Shown here: positions 9,190 to 19,000 of the stretch, one piece after another
How the letters are laid out: each line of letters starts with the position of its first letter
Numbering within the stretch: position 1 is the first letter of the stretch
Source of the DNA: an uncultured Gammaproteobacteria bacterium
GTDB lineage: Bacteria; Patescibacteriota; Microgenomatia; UBA12405
Direction: 5' to 3'
Length of the DNA stretch: 64,000 bases
Assembly (NCBI GenBank): GCA_964538765.1
Contig: CAZIHS010000003.1
Span: 631-64,630, forward strand
Made by a program: the position numbers and the translations under genes
Notes under the pieces: model-generated
Database searches by the model: none
Told to the model about the DNA's origin: nothing
What the model saw: only the letters and a program-made list of their open reading frames with translations

Positions 9190-9229
9190 CTTTCACCATT
9201 ATAATCTATCAACCCCGCCAACTTCAAAG

Positions 9230-11209
9230 ATGATCAAATACCCCTCGATTGGACCAGCCACTGCCGCCAAACTATCCCGCCTTTCAATACTCACCCCGTT
9301 CGACCTTCTTTTTCACCTCCCCCGATCATACCAACTCTATTCCAGCCAATTTTCTTCCTCAACCGCCCCGTTAAACCAAATGGTTTGTCTCAAAGGTCAA
9401 ATCATAAAATTTGAAAACACCTACACCAAATTACATAAAAACATTCAAAGGGCCGTCTTTAAAGATCAAAGCGGCCAAATAAGCCTTATCTGGTTTAACC
9501 AGCCCTATATTGTAAGGTCCATCAAAACCAACTCTCCCCTGTATATTTTGGGGAAAATCACCCCCTGGCAAAACCAGAAAACTGTCATCAGTCCTCAAAT
9601 CAGCTACACCGCCCCCCCTTCGATACTTCCCGTTTATCCCGAAACCGAAGGTCTTTCTTCAAAACGGTTCAGACGCTTTTTTCAAAACCACCTTCAGGCT
9701 CTTTTTGATATCATTTCACTTCCTCCCGAGCTACCCCCGCCAATTCTTGCCAAACACCGTCTTCCCGATCTTAAAACCGCCCTCACCAAAGCCCATCTTC
9801 CCCAAAAAATAGACGATATTGATTTGGCTCAAAACCGTCTGGCAATCAACTATATTTTAAATCTTCAAATTCGGTCACATTTTTTAAAAAAACAGCAGCT
9901 GGAAATTAAGCCAACATTTCCCCTAAAAACCTCGCCGGCAATAAATTCCAAAATCACTTCCCTTATCCGGTCTCTGCCCTTTAAACTTACCTCTGCCCAA
10001 AACATAACCTGGCGACAAACCCGAAAAGATCTTTTATCAAAAAATACCACCAACCGTTTAATTCAGGGAGAAACCGGCTCCGGAAAAACTGTTATTGCCC
10101 TGTTGTCAGCCTACCTGGTCCATCTTAACCACCACCCAAGCCTATTGGTCTGCCCCACCCAGGTGTTGGCCCTTCAACATTACCGCTACTTCAAATCCAT
10201 CCTTCCTCCAACTGTCCCCATCCATCTTTTTACCCAAAAAAAGAAACCAAAAAAAATCTTCAAAAACTCTGTCACCATCGCCACCCATTCGGCTCTTCAC
10301 CACCCCGGTCTTTTTGACCGCACCACCCTGGTTATTTTCGACGAGCAACACAAATTTGGAGTAAACCAGCGGAATTTGTTTACCAATCACCACCCCCACC
10401 TTCTCACCATGACTGCCACCCCCATCCCCCGAACCATTAAGCTTACCCTCCTCAACCATCTGGATGTTTCATATCTAGACCAACTCCCCAAAAACCGTCT
10501 CAAAATTAAAACATTTCTGGTTCCACCCCATAAACAGATCGACTGTTTTCATTGGGTTAAAAACCTGATTACAGAAACCAAACAGCAGGCCTTTTATGTT
10601 TGTCCATTTATTGACGAAAGCGAAACTTTATTATCAGTTAAAGCCGCCACCTCTGAATTTCATCAACTGAAAAACCTTTTTCCCGGGCTAAAAATAGGTC
10701 TTGTTCACGGCCAAACAACCAATAAACATCAGGTATTTAAACAGTTCTCCCAAAACAAAATTAATATTCTGGTCACCACCCCCATTATCGAAGTCGGCAT
10801 CGACTTTCCAAATGCCACCGTTATCATCATTCAATCTGCCGACCGCTTTGGCCTTTCGTCCCTCCACCAGCTTCGGGGACGGGTTGGCCGAAGTCACCTT
10901 CAAAGCTATTGCTTCCTTTTTACCCAGTCAACCGATAAAAAGATCCAAAGCCGCCTAAAATATCTTGAAACCCACTCGCTTGGAAACGACATTTCCCAGT
11001 TTGATTTGGAAAACCGGGGCCCCGGTGACATTTTTTCAACCAAACAGCACGGTTTTAACAATCTCCGTCTTGAATTTCTCACAAAACCAAAAAACATCGA
11101 TATTAGCCAACAGATATTAGCCGACCTGCTTTCCCTCTTTCCCCAATTTAACCTTAACGATCTTTTAATCAAGCCAATTTTACCTTCCACCAATCAGATT
11201 ACTAATTAA
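9230..11209 (+). CDS. recG: ATP-dependent DNA helicase RecG
   Basis: QGETGSGKT, DEQHKFGV, MTATPIPRT, LHQLRGRVGR, RGPG; ATG 9230 preferred over 8924. Confidence 0.95.
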   Translation: MIKYPSIGPATAAKLSRLSILTPFDLLFHLPRSYQLYSSQFSSSTAPLNQMVCLKGQIIKFENTYTKLHKNIQRAVFKDQSGQISLIWFNQPYIVRSIKTNSPLYILGKITPWQNQKTVISPQISYTAPPSILPVYPETEGLSSKRFRRFFQNHLQALFDIISLPPELPPPILAKHRLPDLKTALTKAHLPQKIDDIDLAQNRLAINYILNLQIRSHFLKKQQLEIKPTFPLKTSPAINSKITSLIRSLPFKLTSAQNITWRQTRKDLLSKNTTNRLIQGETGSGKTVIALLSAYLVHLNHHPSLLVCPTQVLALQHYRYFKSILPPTVPIHLFTQKKKPKKIFKNSVTIATHSALHHPGLFDRTTLVIFDEQHKFGVNQRNLFTNHHPHLLTMTATPIPRTIKLTLLNHLDVSYLDQLPKNRLKIKTFLVPPHKQIDCFHWVKNLITETKQQAFYVCPFIDESETLLSVKAATSEFHQLKNLFPGLKIGLVHGQTTNKHQVFKQFSQNKINILVTTPIIEVGIDFPNATVIIIQSADRFGLSSLHQLRGRVGRSHLQSYCFLFTQSTDKKIQSRLKYLETHSLGNDISQFDLENRGPGDIFSTKQHGFNNLRLEFLTKPKNIDISQQILADLLSLFPQFNLNDLLIKPILPSTNQITN

Positions 11210-11233
11210 CCCAAACTTTAGTATAATAGCCAC

Positions 11234-11386
11234 ATGACCGCATTGCCAAAACACTGGCCCTCCAGCCGCCGCCAAGGCCGCCGGCGAGCCGGCAATAAAA
11301 AAATGACTCTTGCCAAGTTTGTTATCTGCCGCCATTGTCAGCAGCCAAAACTTCCCGGCTACCAGTGTCAAAATTGCCATCAGTGA
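11234..11386 (+). CDS. rpmF: 50S ribosomal protein L32 (absent from ORF track, <60 aa)
   Basis: [18 protein letters not shown]...CRHC...CQNC; rpmF-nusB-rnc synteny. Confidence 0.93.
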   Translation: MTALPKHWPSSRRQGRRRAGNKKMTLAKFVICRHCQQPKLPGYQCQNCHQ

Positions 11387-11754
11387 AAACAAAATTTGAC
11401 CCCCGCCACCTCCACCGAACCAAGCTAATGCAATCTCTCTTTGCTTTCGACAGCAACCCTAAACAGCCGTCTCATTCATCAAAAGTTGATATCCGGCCGA
11501 TTATTAAAGACCTTGAAAAAATAGACGGAATTCTTGAATCTCATGCTCCCAAATGGCCCATCTCCAAAATTAACAAAATTGATTTAGCCATTCTTCGCTG
11601 CACCATCTTTGAACTATTAAACTCCAGCACACCCAAAAAAGTTATCATTGACGAGGCAATCGAGCTTGCCAAAGAATTCGGCACCGATAACAGCCCCCCC
11701 TTTGTCAACGGAGTCCTTGGCAGTTTTCTAAAAAATGAACCCGACACAACTTGA
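11383..11754 (+). CDS. nusB: Transcription antitermination factor NusB
   Basis: [28 protein letters not shown]; GTG overlaps the rpmF stop. Confidence 0.95.
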   Translation: MKTKFDPRHLHRTKLMQSLFAFDSNPKQPSHSSKVDIRPIIKDLEKIDGILESHAPKWPISKINKIDLAILRCTIFELLNSSTPKKVIIDEAIELAKEFGTDNSPPFVNGVLGSFLKNEPDTT

Positions 11755-12436
11755 AAAACTTCAAAAACTTCTCAAAGTAAGCTTTAATAATCCTCAAACA
11801 TTATTTCAGGCATTAGTCCACCGGTCCTATCTAAACGAAAACCGCCGGTCAGTTTTCTCTACAAACGAAAGGTTGGAATTTTTGGGAGACGCGGTTATCG
11901 AGCTTTGGTCATCAGCCACCGTTTTCAACACCTTTCCAGATTTTGAAGAAGGGGATATGACCAACCTTCGCTCCCTGCTGGTACGCACCGAAAATTTGGC
12001 CAAAATCGCCAAAGAATCAGGCTTCGACCAATACATTCTTCTTAGCAAAGGAGAAGAAAAACATCGTGGCCGGCAAAACGACTCAATCCTAGCCGACCTT
12101 TTTGAAGCCATCACCGGTGCTATTTTTCTCGATCAAGGCATCACCGCCTCCTTTTCGTTCCTCGATATTTTTCTTCTGCCGTCAGTCAAAGTCATCAGCC
12201 AACAAAAAATCTTCAAAGACCCAAAAAGTCTCTTTCAGGAAATCGCCCAAGCCAAAACCAACACCACTCCACACTACCAAACCCTCAGTGAAACCGGCCC
12301 CGACCACCAGAAAGTCTTTACAGTCGGCGCCTATTTGGGCGACCAGCTCATTGCCAAAGGCCAGGGATCATCCAAGCAAAAAGCAGAAGAAAATGCCTCA
12401 ATTTCCGCTACCAAAGTTATCAGCAATCGTGTATAA
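11735..12436 (+). CDS. rnc: Ribonuclease III
   Basis: [11 protein letters not shown] signature; C-terminal dsRBD. Confidence 0.98.
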   Translation: MNPTQLEKLQKLLKVSFNNPQTLFQALVHRSYLNENRRSVFSTNERLEFLGDAVIELWSSATVFNTFPDFEEGDMTNLRSLLVRTENLAKIAKESGFDQYILLSKGEEKHRGRQNDSILADLFEAITGAIFLDQGITASFSFLDIFLLPSVKVISQQKIFKDPKSLFQEIAQAKTNTTPHYQTLSETGPDHQKVFTVGAYLGDQLIAKGQGSSKQKAEENASISATKVISNRV

Positions 12437-12445
12437 TCATCGGCA

Positions 12446-12712
12446 ATGCTCAAAATTAAACTTTTTCCGAAAGGCAAAAAACACCAGCTTAGCTACCGCT
12501 TGGTTGTCGCCGAAGCCAGAAGCAAAAATAACGGCCGTTATGTCGAAGACATCGGTTTTTATACACCTCAAACAAAAACACTAAAAATTGATCAACCCAA
12601 GTTTGATCAATGGCTTAAAAAAGGCGCCACTCCCACTCTTGGCATCAGCCGTCTTCTTCATCCTGAAAAATTCCCAAGAAAGTCCAAAAAAACCACCCCC
12701 ACCAACCCATGA
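12446..12712 (+). CDS. rpsP: 30S ribosomal protein S16
   Basis: YRLVVAEAR, GRYVEDIGFY, WLKKGATPT. Confidence 0.96.
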   Translation: MLKIKLFPKGKKHQLSYRLVVAEARSKNNGRYVEDIGFYTPQTKTLKIDQPKFDQWLKKGATPTLGISRLLHPEKFPRKSKKTTPTNP

Positions 12713-12945
12713 ACTCAATTTCCCAAACTCTTGAACACATTGTCTTGTCCATCACCAAAAACCCGAATATTACTGTCTCCAGCGCCCAAGAAAACGACGT
12801 TGTCAGACTGACAATACAGGCCCCTTCCGACATAATCGGTCAAATCATTGGCCGGCAGGGCCGAACTATCAAGTCAATCCGCGCCCTCATCTCAATCGCC
12901 TTTCCCTCAATCCACCACCAAATCGACGTCATCCCCCAAAACTAA
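12709..12945 (+). CDS. khpA: KH-domain RNA-binding protein (KhpA-like)
   Basis: GQIIGRQGRTIKSIR; follows rpsP. Confidence 0.88.
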   Translation: MNSISQTLEHIVLSITKNPNITVSSAQENDVVRLTIQAPSDIIGQIIGRQGRTIKSIRALISIAFPSIHHQIDVIPQN

Positions 12946-13700
12946 AAAAGACTGTTTCGCTGATATTTTATCAACTGGCGTTCTCCACTTTTTTGACCCT
13001 GCAATTCAATCGGCGTAAAGCCGCTAATTTTTTTAACCACCGCCAACTCATCTTTATTTAGTTTCAAACTTTCCAAAGGCAAACCAACCAGATTTGAGCT
13101 CTTTTTACCGGCAACATAGTAAGCCCCCGCGTCAATTTCCAGCTCTATCAAATCGCCGGTGACTTTAGACTTCAAACTCGTCAGCGAAAGAACAGGCAAA
13201 CTTTTTTCCAAAGTCAAAAGCAAGTTAATAAAATTCTCTTCTTTTCCAACCAACACTATCTTTATCGGCACCAACGACGATCCCACCCTTGTTTTAGCCG
13301 ATTGACTGGCCAGAACATCCTCTCTGGCCAGCTTGTCAGGATTTATCGCAAAACTGTTTACCTGAAAAGCATGTTTATCGGCCAATTTTCGAAAAACATT
13401 CACCAGCATGTAGGCATCATTCTGGCTCAAAACCGCTTTTTCAAGATAGGTAGCGTCCTTGATCAGTTCTTCCTGATCAACCGAAGCCACATAATCTCTT
13501 TTTGCCAGCACCACCCGTGTCTTCTGTTTTAAGTCTTCAACCTGAACCAGGTTGCTCTTAATTTGCAAAACTTTTGGCCCCAAAACAAAAAATCCACTTA
13601 CCCCAACCACCGCCACAACCAGCAAAAAAGGGAAAAGAGACACCACCACTCCCCGGTCAAACCAATTGGGCAACCCGGCCGGTGTTATTTTTTCATTCAT
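12942..13700 (-). CDS. PilO-like pilus assembly protein
   Basis: TM plus coiled coil plus ferredoxin-like pattern; position after pilM-pilN. Confidence 0.7.
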   Translation of the reverse strand: MNEKITPAGLPNWFDRGVVVSLFPFLLVVAVVGVSGFFVLGPKVLQIKSNLVQVEDLKQKTRVVLAKRDYVASVDQEELIKDATYLEKAVLSQNDAYMLVNVFRKLADKHAFQVNSFAINPDKLAREDVLASQSAKTRVGSSLVPIKIVLVGKEENFINLLLTLEKSLPVLSLTSLKSKVTGDLIELEIDAGAYYVAGKKSSNLVGLPLESLKLNKDELAVVKKISGFTPIELQGQKSGERQLIKYQRNSLF

Positions 13701-14259
13701 TTTCTTGCCTCGGTTTGAGTAAAATTTCAAATTTTATTTTCCAGCTGTCGCCAATAACCGAAACCGACTCTAAGTTTAACTTTGAAAGGCCGTTTATCGA
13801 ACCCCGGTTTACTTCGGCCATCCAATCTTCAACCGCATCCATACTTTTCAGCCCGGTTACCGCCGCCTCAATCTTAAAAGTCTCGTTTGTGGTCAACTCA
13901 GTCGATTCTAGAACCATCCCGCTTGGAAAAGCCGACCTGAGGCTTTGATACATAGTTCCATATTCTTTACGCGTCGCCAGCAATTGTCCGACAATCTTGG
14001 CCCGGTATTTTAACTGGTCTGTAAGCGCCACACTTTCCGCCAAAGCCACATACTCTCGATTTGCCGCCGATAATTTTAATGCTTGCCTCGACTTTACCGA
14101 CTCGGTCCACCACCAGCCTGCTCCCACCAGCAAAGATCCAACCGCCCAAAATATACCCAATAAAAGTGCCGCCCGTCTTGCTCCTTTCCCCACCAAAACC
14201 CTGAAAGCCTGATATTTAGCCCTCGAAGGCAGTAAATTTAAACTTGACTGCTTTTCCAT
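13693..14259 (-). CDS. PilN-like pilus assembly protein
   Basis: N-terminal LNLLP motif then TM; start overlaps the pilM stop. Confidence 0.8.
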   Translation of the reverse strand: MEKQSSLNLLPSRAKYQAFRVLVGKGARRAALLLGIFWAVGSLLVGAGWWWTESVKSRQALKLSAANREYVALAESVALTDQLKYRAKIVGQLLATRKEYGTMYQSLRSAFPSGMVLESTELTTNETFKIEAAVTGLKSMDAVEDWMAEVNRGSINGLSKLNLESVSVIGDSWKIKFEILLKPRQENE

Positions 14260-15284
14260 TAACTGATCCCCCTCATCGCCAAACCCAATGCCAAAGTAAA
14301 ACGGCAACCTTCTTTTACCAAATCAACCGGCCAGGCCGACTTGCCGGTATCTATTTTCACAAACGGTTGCAACACCTGCACCTCCACTCCTAAAAGCTTG
14401 GCAAATTCCTCGGCAAAACCAGGCAAGTTGGCTCCTCCTCCTGTCAGAATCAACAAGTCCACCGCCTTGTTTCTCTCCTCCTTAAACATGGTCACAGTTT
14501 TCCTAACTTCGTCAGTAATATTACTAAATATAGGCAAAATAGCCGTTCTAATTTTTCCTTCAAGCTCATCTGCGTTCAACCCATACGCCTTCTTGTATCC
14601 TTCGGCCGAATTCATATCAAGACCAACACTTAAAGAGATCGCCCGGCTCATCGATTCACCTCCCACCGGCAAAGACCTGGTCAGATACAATCTGCCAGAG
14701 TCAATACTGTTAATGCCTGTAAATTTCTCGCCCAAATCAACCAGCACCACCCCGCGGTCCATTGTCATTCCCGACACCACCCGGCATATCGCCACCGATG
14801 GAGACTCCAGTGCCACCAACTCCAAACCCAATTTTTTAAAAAGCCTGACATATTGTTGTATCAATTCATTTTTGGCGGCCACCACAAACAATGTCAATCT
14901 TCCCGACTCATCTTCCTCCACCACCTCATAATCAATAGTCACCTGGTCCAAAGGGTAGGGGACAAAGGTTTCAGCCTCAAATGTTAGCGCGTCATAAATC
15001 TCCGACTTTTTTAATGGAGGCAGCCGGATAAGGCGGCTAACTACCTCTTCTTCGGGCAAAGAAGCCACCGCCATTTTATTCTTTATTTTTATTTCTCCAA
15101 ACAGCCCCTTAAGCGCCGCCACCAACTCGTCCTCGGCCTTGTTTTTTGTCTCACCCCTAAGCCAGTTTAGCCGGGACGTTTTTGTTTCCCCCAGCCCGGA
15201 AAGAACCAGTTTTTCTCCCTGCTTTTCAAGAGAAACAGCTCTGGTCGTTTCCACTCCAATATCAATCCCCAACATTGAGTTCAT
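14259..15284 (-). CDS. pilM: Type IV pilus assembly protein PilM
   Basis: GIDIG, VDLG, LTGGGANLPG, LGLAMR actin-like motifs. Confidence 0.95.
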   Translation of the reverse strand: MNSMLGIDIGVETTRAVSLEKQGEKLVLSGLGETKTSRLNWLRGETKNKAEDELVAALKGLFGEIKIKNKMAVASLPEEEVVSRLIRLPPLKKSEIYDALTFEAETFVPYPLDQVTIDYEVVEEDESGRLTLFVVAAKNELIQQYVRLFKKLGLELVALESPSVAICRVVSGMTMDRGVVLVDLGEKFTGINSIDSGRLYLTRSLPVGGESMSRAISLSVGLDMNSAEGYKKAYGLNADELEGKIRTAILPIFSNITDEVRKTVTMFKEERNKAVDLLILTGGGANLPGFAEEFAKLLGVEVQVLQPFVKIDTGKSAWPVDLVKEGCRFTLALGLAMRGIS

Positions 15285-15304
15285 AATCTTCTCTTACAGT
15301 ATAA

Positions 15305-16072
15305 TTAGTTTCCAACATTAACACCAGCAGTTACGGCATCAATCATAAATGGCAACAACCTGTAGCGGTTAATTATTTTAACCATTGTTTTGGCCACCAC
15401 CTCCTCTCTAACCTCAACCTTGCCAACCGAGCTGACTTCTTCTCCCTGCGAAGGGAAGTTTTCACTGCCCCGTAAATAAAACCTCCCCGAACTCCCGATA
15501 GGGTTTATAGTCACCAAAAGTCCGGTTCTGGACGGGCCAATTCCGGTAACAATTGAAGCACAGCCGTTTGTTGGCGTGAAACCTGCCACCGTTGTCCCAA
15601 CCCCATAGTTATATCCATACCTTTCCACTTTATAGTTTCCACCTTCCACAAAGAAGTAACTCACCCTCAGCCCACCGCTAAAACCAGGCTCTGGGCAAAC
15701 GTCCACCCCCGCACCCGAATACTTGTTACCCAAATCAAGCGCACCACTCTCTTGGTGACCAACCAGCCAATAATATTCCGTTTTACCATTAACCACCACT
15801 TCACCAAAATCAACCGTAACCCCAACCCCAACTTCGCTGGTCGACACCTCTGCTCTCGATCTTTGATCAGCCGACTGATACTGCAGTTCTCTTGTCGACA
15901 AATAATAGTCTATTCCCGATTCCGCCGCGTTAAAAGCCCTCTTTAAAGACTCTTCGTCGCCGCCGATTTTAGTTTCCACCGTCACTTTCCTGGATAAGGA
16001 TAATCCCAAAGTCATCACCACCGCCGACACCAACAGAACCACCAGGGCTATCTGCCCGCCGTTTTTTCTCAT
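15305..16072 (-). CDS. PilX-like minor pilin
   Basis: GQIALVVLL class III-type signal lacking E5; AFNAAESGI motif. Confidence 0.8.
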   Translation of the reverse strand: MRKNGGQIALVVLLVSAVVMTLGLSLSRKVTVETKIGGDEESLKRAFNAAESGIDYYLSTRELQYQSADQRSRAEVSTSEVGVGVTVDFGEVVVNGKTEYYWLVGHQESGALDLGNKYSGAGVDVCPEPGFSGGLRVSYFFVEGGNYKVERYGYNYGVGTTVAGFTPTNGCASIVTGIGPSRTGLLVTINPIGSSGRFYLRGSENFPSQGEEVSSVGKVEVREEVVAKTMVKIINRYRLLPFMIDAVTAGVNVGN

Positions 16073-19000
16073 CTGCCCTCCTTCCAGCCTGATATCACCC
16101 GATAAACAGCCGCCGGCATGGTAAAAGCAAAATCAGGCCGGTAATTAATCACCACTGCCGGAGAAATGTTGTTTTGCATCGTATCAATATAGGAACGTTG
16201 TATTCTGACATTACTGTTTGTTGAATACAAAATACCATTTATAACCAGCTGATCACTAGAGCTGCCGCTTATAACCACCTCACCGTCAGCCACCAACACC
16301 CCGTCCATTCTTTTTACCCCCTGCCCAATCGACACAGAACCCGAAACCACCACCATCAAAAGATCCCCCTGGGCCACTGTATTATCAGCACTTACTGTTA
16401 AATTACCGTTTACCAGCGCCATCTTGGTTCCTTCTCCCACAATAGTACTCAAATCAGTGTTTCCAAAATAAGTTTTGCCCACTCCCAACCTCTCAAAAAA
16501 TTGGGTTTTAAAATATGAATAATCAGTTTTTCCCTCAACAACATTGCCATCAAAATGCCAGTTGTTAGGACTCCCATATTTGCAGGTGTCAAAATCACAC
16601 CCGCTGTTATTTACAATTTGTTCCGCTGCCACCAGCCCATTATTCGCCTCTCCCCCCGCTCCCACGCTAAATGCCGCCTTACAACTCAAATCTAACGGAC
16701 AAGTCACTGGAATATCGTTTCTAACTCTCGCCCCCCCCGCCAAGCCGCCCCCAACGGCCTGATACCAGGCACCTTGGGCCAGCAACACCGAAAAATCAGC
16801 CGTCAAAGTACCACCGGCTGTATACGGATCAGCCACAGCACTGTCAACCCTAAGTTGAGCCAGGTTACAAACGGTTTGATTAATCCTCATTTGGGGTGTT
16901 GACGAGTTTATTACCATCAAAGGATCATAGGTCAAACCCCACAACCAGCTGCCGGAAACCGAATAGTCTGAAAAATTTGATATCGTAGTCAAGACGTTGC
17001 CTTCATCATTAAAACCATCAAAAATTGGGTCAAAAATTAGGGAACTGAAACCCGCCGACTCGGGAACCGGATTAGTGAAGCCGCTCGAAGGGCAGGCCAA
17101 TATCTGGCCACTGTTATCAAACACCCTTCCGCCGCCACCCACCCGACAATTCCAAACCCTAAACGATCTTCCAACCGGGTAACTCAACTCGTTTCCATCA
17201 GCGTCAACCACCCTGATAGATAATGCCGCCACGCTGTCATTTGCAAAATTCTCGGAAAAATGAACCGGAAACCGCAGCTCCATTAAGTTGCTATCCTCAG
17301 TCACTGATCCGGCTTCATAATAATCCAGGCTTCCACCAGCCGGAGTTAAACTAAACCCGCCACTTCTGGTCCACACTAAACCAAAATTAGACCCACTGCT
17401 GACTTCCACCCTGTTTATAGTATTTGCCCCTTGCTCGTCTGCAACGTTTAAAACAAAAGCCGCTTTGCGGTCACGCCCATCGGACCCGCTCATCGCTCCG
17501 CTTGGAGAAAATTCTGGCTGACAAATGTGGTTCCTGTCGCCCACCTCGGCATCAACCACCGCCCCTCCCGAATTTTGTATCACAAACGATTGAAACATCG
17601 GGTTAGTGTTTGGACAGTTAAAATTAACCGCCACTTCAGAAGAGGCACAGGCAATTCCGCCATCAGTTTTAGCCCGATAATAATAAGTTTGCCCGGCCAC
17701 CAAGGAATCACCCGACACCAAATGGCTGGCAAAATCCAAATTTCCCCAATAAGTCGATGGCGGATACAACTCTCCCACCTGCTGGCCATTAACATAATAA
17801 GGAGTCGGATTTAAGGAAGTATCGGTCCATATCGGGCTGGCCATCCCGCTATACCAGCTGGTTTTATAAAAACTGGTTTCCCCAACCCCATCGGTCACCC
17901 CATAATAAAAGCTCCTTACCACACCAGCATCAACCGACCCCCAACCCGTACCCTGATTTGGTGACCTCATAAAGTTCCTACCACTTGACCCCACAATTTC
18001 CACTATTGGATTAAGTCGGTCGGAACAATTTAGAGTAATGGTTGGTTGCGGCTCCCAAACAGAACACCCCGGCTCTGGCGTTGGAGTTGAAGTTGGCACC
18101 GGCGTTAAAGCGTTTGTCGGCGTTGGAGAATTTATTGGTGTATTTGTTGGCCCGGTTGGCGTTGGAGTTGAAGTTGGCACCGGCGTTAAAGCGTTTGTCG
18201 GCGTTGGAGAATTTATTGGTGTATTTGTTGGCCCGGTTGGGGTTGGAGTTGCCGTCGGACCCGTTGGAGTTGGTCCGGTTGGGGCTGCCGTTACAGTAGG
18301 GGTTGGGGTATCAGTTGGAATCAACGGTGGCGTCGGTTCATCGGTTGGGGTGATGGTTGGGGTAAACGTTGGCGTTTGAGTTGCCGGCGGAGCCCCGGGG
18401 CAACCAGTACAATTTGTACAATTTAAGACAATCGGGTTGGCATATTTATAACCTGATACATTATCAAAATTATCGCTAGTTTCCACCCGGCCATAAATTG
18501 TCGTCCCGGCGTTATTGGTTACCGAATGACTGGTAAAAGCATCGTCCCAGGTAAGAGTGCTTCCACCGGGGAACCCGGCCTCCCAGGCTATTTCAGTGTG
18601 ATATGGAGCCGGCTTCATCCCGGCACACCCGTTATCTGTCACCGCCCCAAAACCAAATGTTGCCGAAAACACCTCCGATCCAACCGGACCATTGTTGTAA
18701 CTACAGCTGAAGTTTGCCCAGGCCGGCATCGGCGCCGACCGGTCAACTTCCACCCATTCCACTGGCATCATCCAAGGCCCGTCACCCTTAACATTTGAAT
18801 ACCTGGCCGTTACCGCATAGCACTGATGATCGGTCAAATTACTTACCCCATACGACGTTATCGCCGGAGGGGCCGGAGTCGGTCCACTCCAGGTCCCATT
18901 TTTAAATACCTTGGTTGAAGTAATGGCGCAGTAAGACGGCAAACCTCCGTTTGGATTGGTCCAATTCCAAGTTGGACCGCCAACAACATTGGTACACCTC

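Noticed and set aside
8924-9229. N-terminal extension of RecG
   Set aside because: Overlaps the PBP gene and a small opposite-strand ORF; RecG similarity begins at ATG 9230.
14341-14931. Long antisense or shadow ORFs (this one and many similar)
   Set aside because: They lie opposite well-supported genes, are expected from skewed codon usage and show no motifs.
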